A stretch of DNA of 47,357 nt from Halioglobus sp. Its GTDB lineage: Bacteria; Pseudomonadota; Gammaproteobacteria; Pseudomonadales; Halieaceae. The stretch lies in the NCBI GenBank assembly GCA_028823475.1, contig JAPKBI010000001.1, forward strand, positions 1 through 47,357, written 5' to 3'. Under the pieces are notes generated by a model. The model did not search any database and had not been told where the DNA came from. It saw only the letters and a program-made list of their open reading frames with translations. Positions 41,011 to 47,357 of this stretch are shown here, piece by piece. How positions within the stretch are numbered: the first letter of the stretch is position 1; each line of letters begins with the position of its first letter. A program made the position numbers and the translations under genes.

Positions 41011-42003
41011 CTACGCGAGCCCTTCTTTGCGCAAGATCGGCATTACATCATCCATGAACAGATGCAGACTGGACCATGCTAAATCTGGATGAATGCCGCC
41101 ACATAATGGGTGAAACATGATCGGCTGTGCTCCAACCATATCTCGGGCCGCGTCTATGAGGCCTTGTGGGCGATAGACTTTGTAGGCTCCGCTGCTACGC
41201 AAATCATCGCTACTGTCAAAGTGCTTATAGGGGCTGAAAACCTTCGCCTTTTCTGCCCAGTCTGCGTACATGTTCGTCTCATGTAGTACGTGAGGGGCAA
41301 TTTTTTCCCAGTAGACGTCGGGGTCCTCTGAGACAAAGGTTACCGTGGAGGGAGCGCTTGGCATTGGCCCGGGGTCTGGCTTTCCTAGCGCCTTCAATTC
41401 TTCACGGTAGTATTCGAAAATTTCGGGTCCGGAAGGGATAAAGAAATCAGAATCGCGGGCAGCGCGCCGAGCAGCAGGTTTGCTGCTGCCCCCCATTAGG
41501 ATCATTGGACGAGGCTGGCTAAAGGGCTTTGGCGTAACAGTAATAGTGCGGCCCTCGTATTCAAAAGCCTCTCCACTCCATGCATTTTTAAGAAAGGGAC
41601 CGATGTCATCCATGTACTTTTTACGCACACTAAGGTCTTTGCCGACGGCAATAAACTCTGCTTCTCGGTAACCTCCGCTGACTACAGGTATGACGCGACC
41701 TCGACTGATGATATCTAATACCGCCAGGTCCTCCGCTAATCGTACCGGGTCGTGCAGCGGGGCAATCAGCGCGGATATAAAAATACGCATACTCTGCGTG
41801 CGTGTCGCGATCGCGGAGGCCAATACCAGTGGAGAGGGGCAGTAGCCGTCCGGGGAGCCATGATGTTCTGATAGGTGCACGCTCCCGATTTTGTTTTTGT
41901 CCCCCCATTCACACATTTCGATTGCAGCCTGGTATAGATCAGCCTGTGATGCTTTTGCGATTTCAGGTTGGCGCATATCAAACCGAAACATAACATCAGG
42001 CAT
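41011..42003 (-). CDS. LLM-class (luciferase-like) flavin-dependent oxidoreductase
   Basis: SEHHGSPDGY.PSP, PLHDPVRLAEDLAVLDIISRGR, GYR..EF. Confidence 0.92.
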   Translation of the reverse strand: MPDVMFRFDMRQPEIAKASQADLYQAAIEMCEWGDKNKIGSVHLSEHHGSPDGYCPSPLVLASAIATRTQSMRIFISALIAPLHDPVRLAEDLAVLDIISRGRVIPVVSGGYREAEFIAVGKDLSVRKKYMDDIGPFLKNAWSGEAFEYEGRTITVTPKPFSQPRPMILMGGSSKPAARRAARDSDFFIPSGPEIFEYYREELKALGKPDPGPMPSAPSTVTFVSEDPDVYWEKIAPHVLHETNMYADWAEKAKVFSPYKHFDSSDDLRSSGAYKVYRPQGLIDAARDMVGAQPIMFHPLCGGIHPDLAWSSLHLFMDDVMPILRKEGLA

Positions 42004-42036
42004 AGTGTCTCCTTAGTAATCTTGTCGCATACAATT

Positions 42037-42240
42037 TCATTCGCTTAGTTTCCATAGAATTGCTGTAATGAGGTAGCCCCAGAGCAAGATGAGAAGGACT
42101 AGGCGCCATTTTCTCGGCTTCGATCTTTCCTTGATAGGATTAAAGTCTGGAACGACATTGTATGAACCGCAGGCAGGACATTCTCCTCGTTGGCCACTTC
42201 TTTTTCCGTGGTGGCTGCAATCTTTGCAGTGGAAAGTCAT
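42037..42240 (-). CDS. Small zinc-ribbon protein with C-terminal TM helix
   Basis: CKDC...CPACGS plus hydrophobic tail; starts 5 bp after the VWA stop. Confidence 0.75.
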   Translation of the reverse strand: MTFHCKDCSHHGKRSGQRGECPACGSYNVVPDFNPIKERSKPRKWRLVLLILLWGYLITAILWKLSE

Positions 42241-42245
42241 GAGGG

Positions 42246-43667
42246 TTATCGAGTGCTCTTTAGGAGTTGATCGACGATGCGTTCGAGTTGCTTAAGATTA
42301 TTACACTCAGCGCTAAAATGACAAGCGCTTTGGTAGCGCAGCATTTCTGAATCACCGCTACCCCAGGCTCTACGCGACTCGGGGTTGAGCCAGATTACCT
42401 GCCGTGCGCGCTGAAAAATGCTTTGCAGGATCTCCAGTTTCGGATCGCCGTTATTATTGCGGGCATCCCCGAGAATGATCACTGTCGTATTACTGTTGAT
42501 GTCGTCCAGTGCCAGTTTGGAGAAGTCCATGAGGCTATTGCCGTAATCCGTGGCGCCGCCGTATTTCCAGTTGACCAGTTCGATGGCTTTCTCGACAGGA
42601 TAGTCATCAAAATATGTGCTCACTTCGCCCAAGTGGCTTGAAAAAGCAAAGCTGCGTACCTTTGGTAGAATATCTTGCAGGCTGTAGAGGAACAGGAGCA
42701 AAAATTTTGAGTAGGCAGCGACGGAACCACTGACATCACATACCGCTAATATCTGCGGCTTTTCCTTCTTTACTTGTCGCCAAAAGGTATTGAACATGAC
42801 GCCATCATTGGGAATGCCCTTGCGCAGAGTCTTGGCCATATTCAGTTGGCCGCGTTTAAGTCGCTTGCGTTTGTGTGAATGGCGGCTGGCCAGTTTTTTG
42901 GCCATCTTCCGTATCAACTCATGCACTTTGTGAAGGTATATATGCTCGATATTGTTTAGCCGCGTTTTGCTCAGAATGTCGTCCATGAATTGCTGAGTTT
43001 TACCCTCGGCGTGCAATAGATATTCTCGCTCCACATAATCACGTACCTGCTGCCGCAGGATATCACGGTAGCGTTGGAGTACAGGCAGTGCTGGACTTTC
43101 AGCTCTTTCCAGTTCAATCACTGCGTTGCGAACTTGCTCCTCACCCATCGCATCGAGTATTCGTCTGGTGAATTGGCCTTTTTGGGTGAACATTTGAATT
43201 TTCTGCAGGTCTACGCGTTGTGCCGCCGCATTAATCGCGAGGGTTAGCTCACTACGATTGTTGTTAAGCAGATTCTGCATCAAGGGAGTCTGCAACAGAG
43301 ATTCCAGGGACGGATTGTTTTCCGAAGCTAATTCCAGCGCTGAGAGTTGGCTGTCGGAAAAATCTTCTGTCGGCGCGGCAGTGTTACCTGTCGAGTCTAG
43401 GTCTTTGTTTTCGTCCTGGTCGCTGGGCATCTCCGAGGAGGAAAAATCAGCGAGGTCCTGTTGAAAAAACCGATCGAAGCAATCCAGAAAGATCACTTCT
43501 TCTGTGGGCGTCTTCGCCAGTGTCATCGCTAGGCCGTCGCGCAACAGATTGCGATCGGAGTACCCCAGGGTAGTGGTTACCCCCACGGCGTCTAATGTCT
43601 CTGCTGGAGAAACTCTTATGTCGTGGCTGCGCAAGACCTGAATAAAATCCACAAGATTGGACTGCAT
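42246..43667 (-). CDS. VWA-domain CoxE-like protein
   Basis: DVSGS MIDAS motif, TDYG, LGDARNN, WLNPE, WGSGDSEM. Confidence 0.92.
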   Translation of the reverse strand: MQSNLVDFIQVLRSHDIRVSPAETLDAVGVTTTLGYSDRNLLRDGLAMTLAKTPTEEVIFLDCFDRFFQQDLADFSSSEMPSDQDENKDLDSTGNTAAPTEDFSDSQLSALELASENNPSLESLLQTPLMQNLLNNNRSELTLAINAAAQRVDLQKIQMFTQKGQFTRRILDAMGEEQVRNAVIELERAESPALPVLQRYRDILRQQVRDYVEREYLLHAEGKTQQFMDDILSKTRLNNIEHIYLHKVHELIRKMAKKLASRHSHKRKRLKRGQLNMAKTLRKGIPNDGVMFNTFWRQVKKEKPQILAVCDVSGSVAAYSKFLLLFLYSLQDILPKVRSFAFSSHLGEVSTYFDDYPVEKAIELVNWKYGGATDYGNSLMDFSKLALDDINSNTTVIILGDARNNNGDPKLEILQSIFQRARQVIWLNPESRRAWGSGDSEMLRYQSACHFSAECNNLKQLERIVDQLLKSTR

Positions 43668-43722
43668 GGTCCCTGATTCCCCGTGCTGTTATTGTCTGCT
43701 AAGATTTTTTAGCGGCTGGAGA

Positions 43723-44676
43723 TTATCCTGTGCGTGTGTCTGATGAGCTCGTGCTCAAAAGGCTGCGCAATTCGCTATCCGTGGCTTCGATATCTTCCTC
43801 ATATTTTAACAGTACATTGAGCGTACTGCGGACCAGCTCTTCTTCTAACTGATTGGCATGTAACAGCACTAGGCTGCGCGCCCAATCGATGGTTTCTGAA
43901 ATAGCCGGTGCTTTCTTTAGGTCCAACTGCCGCAAAGAATGCACAAACTCCACGAGTTGGTGGCGCAGCTGCTCATTCGCGTCCGGGACACGGCTGCGAA
44001 TGATTCGCTCCTCGAGCTCCACTGTTGGGAACGGAATATACAAGTGGAGGCACCTCCGTTTGAGTGCATCGGAAATATCCCGTGTATTATTGCTGGTTAG
44101 GAATACCATGGGAGTAGTGCGAGCTTTTACTGTGCCAATTTCAGGAATAGATATCTGATAGTCAGACAAAATTTCCAGCAGTAATGATTCGAACTCATAA
44201 TCAGATTTGTCGACTTCATCGATCAGTAAAATAGCGCCTTTTTCCTGCTGCATGGCTTTGAGCAGAGGGCGTGGCTCCAGGAATTCCTCAGAGTAAAAAA
44301 TATCACCAAACTGATGTAACTTCGCGACGGATTCAGCAAGGCCGGTTGCCCCTTGCAATAAATCCCCGAGCTTTTCCTTCAGCACTTGGGTGTACAGTAA
44401 CTGTTTCCCGTACTTCCACTCGTAGAGTGCCTTGGCCTCATCCAGACCTTCATAACATTGCAGGCGAATCAGTGGTGTATCCAGTAACAGGGCAATCGTT
44501 TTAGCCAGCTCTGTCTTGCCTACACCCGGAGGGCCCTCAATCAGAATAGGTTTACGTAACTGGAAAGCCAGAAAGACAGCTGTCGCAATCTTACGGCTAC
44601 AGATGTACCCAAAAGATTCAAAACCCTGCTCAATGAGCTCAACAGACTCAAGCTGCGGAAAATGTTGTGTGTGCAA
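43723..44676 (-). CDS. MoxR family AAA+ ATPase (CoxD-like)
   Basis: EGPPGVGKT, RLQCYEGLDE, LIDEVDK, SDALKRRC. Confidence 0.93.
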   Translation of the reverse strand: MHTQHFPQLESVELIEQGFESFGYICSRKIATAVFLAFQLRKPILIEGPPGVGKTELAKTIALLLDTPLIRLQCYEGLDEAKALYEWKYGKQLLYTQVLKEKLGDLLQGATGLAESVAKLHQFGDIFYSEEFLEPRPLLKAMQQEKGAILLIDEVDKSDYEFESLLLEILSDYQISIPEIGTVKARTTPMVFLTSNNTRDISDALKRRCLHLYIPFPTVELEERIIRSRVPDANEQLRHQLVEFVHSLRQLDLKKAPAISETIDWARSLVLLHANQLEEELVRSTLNVLLKYEEDIEATDSELRSLLSTSSSDTRTG

Positions 44677-44735
44677 CGGAATACCTCAATTCTCAGGCGG
44701 CTATTGTACGCGATACTCGCTGAGAGAAAACATGC

Positions 44736-45743
44736 TTATCCGCCGGTTGTATTCATAAAGCGAACGATGTCAGGTGTTTCGTCTAGGTCGAAATGATGGC
44801 TTTCCGGCTTTATGGACATAGCATTGATGATGGTTCTCTTGAGTGCGTCCAGTGTGTAATCTTCAGCGCGGATTACCCTACGCAGGTCTACCGAGTGTTC
44901 ATTGCCTAGGCACAGCAGCAGCTGCCCTTCAGCGGTCACGCGCACCCGATTACACAAATGGCAAAAGTTATGACTATGAGGGGAAATAAAGCCGATCCGC
45001 GTTGGCCCGCCTGCGGTGCGGAAGTAGCGAGCGGGGCCAGCGGTGTCTTTAGGATCACCCAATGGTTCAAGTGTGTGCTGTGTCGAAATGATGTCGCGCA
45101 ATGCCTCGCTGCTGCAGAAGCTCAAGGCGCGGTCGTGCTCATCAATTAGCCCCAATGGCATCTCTTCGATAAAAGCGATATCAATATTGCGTTGATAGGC
45201 GAAATTTACCAGATCAAGTACTTCATCCTCGTTGCGACCCTTGAGAATGACTGCATTGAGCCTTATCTGCTCGAAGCCCGCTTCAATAGCAGCGTCGATA
45301 CCCTCGATTACCTGATTCAGGTTGCCATGCCGTGTGAGTTGGCGAAATCTGCGGGGTTGCAGACTATCTAGACTAATATTGATACGAGTCACGCCAAGTT
45401 GATGCAATTCTGAAGCCATACGATGTAGCTGCGAGCCATTGGTTGTTATCGCCAATTGGTCAAGGCCGGGCATCTGCCCGAGTGGTTCAATCAACGCCAA
45501 AATGTTGTTGCGGATCAGGGGTTCGCCCCCAGTGAGACGTATCTTGCCAACACCGAGTTCAACAAAGGCGCGAGCTATCTCCTGCATCTCCTCCAAAGTC
45601 AAAACGTGCTGCTTTGGCACGAACGTCATATTCTCCGCCATGCAGTAGACGCAGCGAAAGTCGCAGCGATCGGTGACAGAAAGACGAACATAATCAACCC
45701 TGCGTTGAAATCGGTCGATCAGTACCTTGGGAAGTTCATTCAT
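44736..45743 (-). CDS. moaA: GTP 3',8-cyclase
   Basis: [24 protein letters not shown]...LCL, terminal GG. Confidence 0.97.
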   Translation of the reverse strand: MNELPKVLIDRFQRRVDYVRLSVTDRCDFRCVYCMAENMTFVPKQHVLTLEEMQEIARAFVELGVGKIRLTGGEPLIRNNILALIEPLGQMPGLDQLAITTNGSQLHRMASELHQLGVTRINISLDSLQPRRFRQLTRHGNLNQVIEGIDAAIEAGFEQIRLNAVILKGRNEDEVLDLVNFAYQRNIDIAFIEEMPLGLIDEHDRALSFCSSEALRDIISTQHTLEPLGDPKDTAGPARYFRTAGGPTRIGFISPHSHNFCHLCNRVRVTAEGQLLLCLGNEHSVDLRRVIRAEDYTLDALKRTIINAMSIKPESHHFDLDETPDIVRFMNTTGG

Positions 45744-45843
45744 AATACTGCGTAGTGTAGCGCTTTGGGAGGCACTGCTCCAGCGTGGGGTTTACACCAA
45801 CCGGTGACTGCGACAGGATGGTTTAAATTTTGATATTGAGGGG

Positions 45844-47235
45844 ATGAATTTGTCGGCGCTAGGTCAGTGGGCTCTTTGGGTGGGTCCTGTGCTGGGAACA
45901 GTGGCTGCGGCCGCCAGTATGTCCGCCGGTTACGGTTCGGATATGGCTGTCGTCGGATTTGTCGCGGTGTTGTGTGTTATCTGGTGGGTATTTGAGCCGG
46001 TCCCTATACCCGTTACTTCGCTGTTGCCGCTGGCAATATTGCCTTTACTGGGTGTGTTGACCCCGAGTGAGGTCGGTGAGGCCTACGGCTCTCCGTTGAT
46101 CTTGTTGCTACTGGGCGGCTTTTTGTTGTCCAAGGCAATGGAACACTCGGGGGCGCATCGCCGCATTGCGCTGGGGATGGTGAGGTTGTTTGGCGTCAGC
46201 AGTGGTCGTCGACTCGTAATGGGGTTTATGTGTGCGGCGGCCGTACTGAGTATGTGGATATCCAACACCGCCACAGCGCTAATGCTCTTGCCTGTTGCGC
46301 TGGCTGTGCTTGACGCTGTTGACGACAAGTCGCGCCTAGCGCCTCCCTTGTTACTTGGCATTGCCTATGCCGCTAATATCGGGGGTCTAGGAACACCCAT
46401 AGGTACTCCCCCGAATCTGATTTTTATGCAGGTCTATCAGGAAACCACCGGGCAGGTGATTAGTTTTACCCAGTGGATGGGTTGGGCTCTCCCCGTTGTT
46501 ATATTAATGGTGCCAGCCATGGCGCTGATATTGACGCGCAATTTGAGAGATGCTCTGGAGTTGCAATTGCCTGAAGTGGGACCTTGGCGTGCGCATGAAC
46601 GCCGCGTGATGGTGGTGTTTGGTTTGACCGCCCTTGCTTGGATCACGCGCAGCGAACCTTTCGGTGGCTGGAAAGTATGGTTAGATCTGCCGCAGGCAAA
46701 CGATGCGTCTGTGGCGCTGCTCGCGGTGGTAGCCTTGTTCCTTGTGCCCAGCGGTGATGGAAAGGGTCAACGTCTGTTGAGCTGGGAGCGCGCCAGTACC
46801 ATTCCGTGGGGCGTATTGTTGTTGTTTGCGGGCGGTATTTGCCTTGCAAAGGGGTTTGTGAGTTCGGGCATGAGTGAGTTGATTGGGCTGTGGCTGACGG
46901 ACATGACCAATATGCCCATTTACCTGATGATGGCGCTAGTTTGCCTGATGGTAACGTTTATGACCGAAGGGACGTCCAATACGGCCAGCACCGCACTACT
47001 AATGCCGATACTGGCAGCTGCAGCACTGGCGGCGGGGATCTCGCCTGAATTGATCATGGTGCCTGCAGCGATGAGTGCCAGTTGCGCCTTCATGTTGCCC
47101 GTTGCTACGGGGCCGAACACTGTTGTGTTCGGCACCGGACAGATCACCACGGCCCGGATGGCGCGGGAAGGTTTTATTATCAACCTTCTAGGGGCAGCGG
47201 TTATCAGCAGCGTATGCTATCTGTTGCTCACGTGA
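45844..47235 (+). CDS. SLC13/DASS family sodium:anion symporter
   Basis: SMWISNTAT, GTPIGTPPN, SNTAS, AFMLPVATGPN. Confidence 0.93.
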   Translation: MNLSALGQWALWVGPVLGTVAAAASMSAGYGSDMAVVGFVAVLCVIWWVFEPVPIPVTSLLPLAILPLLGVLTPSEVGEAYGSPLILLLLGGFLLSKAMEHSGAHRRIALGMVRLFGVSSGRRLVMGFMCAAAVLSMWISNTATALMLLPVALAVLDAVDDKSRLAPPLLLGIAYAANIGGLGTPIGTPPNLIFMQVYQETTGQVISFTQWMGWALPVVILMVPAMALILTRNLRDALELQLPEVGPWRAHERRVMVVFGLTALAWITRSEPFGGWKVWLDLPQANDASVALLAVVALFLVPSGDGKGQRLLSWERASTIPWGVLLLFAGGICLAKGFVSSGMSELIGLWLTDMTNMPIYLMMALVCLMVTFMTEGTSNTASTALLMPILAAAALAAGISPELIMVPAAMSASCAFMLPVATGPNTVVFGTGQITTARMAREGFIINLLGAAVISSVCYLLLT

Positions 47236-47259
47236 GCCGATGCGCAGCGAGAGGAGACG

Positions 47260-47357
47260 CTAGAGCAGTGCCATCATGGTTTCGGCAGAGCTCACGTCTA
47301 CACCCGCACCCTCTTCTACATTCAGATGGCTAACGGCGCCGTCCTCAACAATCATGG
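47260..47357 (-). CDS. C-terminus of a Prx5-type peroxiredoxin (partial)
   Basis: Manual translation MIVEDGAVSHLNVEEGAGVDVSSAETMMALL* resembles Prx5 C-termini. Confidence 0.75.
   Translation of the reverse strand, partial: MIVEDGAVSHLNVEEGAGVDVSSAETMMALL

Overview
Chromosomal window from a gammaproteobacterium; gene order and content resemble marine Halieaceae/Cellvibrionales (inference). The housekeeping backbone reads DUF484-dapF-lysA-lptM ... cyaY-DUF3187-argH-hemCDXY-ubiD-rho-trxA-DedA/flavoprotein fusion-GIY-YIG-ABC-F-FKBP-dsbB-acpH-gshA-phosphotransferase-LLM-VWA/MoxR-moaA-SLC13-peroxiredoxin. It is split between lptM and cyaY by a ~16 kb accessory island (~3200-19540). The island is bracketed by a ~157 bp imperfect direct repeat of the cyaY promoter and 5' end (frameshifted copy on the left, intact gene on the right) and has no recognisable integrase. 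It carries a candidate extracytoplasmic glycosylation/modification module: a GT2-GtrA fusion, three SAM methyltransferases, an acyltransferase plus a decayed second one, and a GT-C-like polytopic protein fused to a GspG/pilin-head-like domain. It also encodes a modular secreted beta-propeller protein, a second secreted hypothetical protein, and a B12-dependent radical SAM enzyme with a long N-terminal extension, flanked by IS3 and IS256 remnants. No rRNA, tRNA or CRISPR array was seen. All family calls come from motif recognition by eye; no searches were run.
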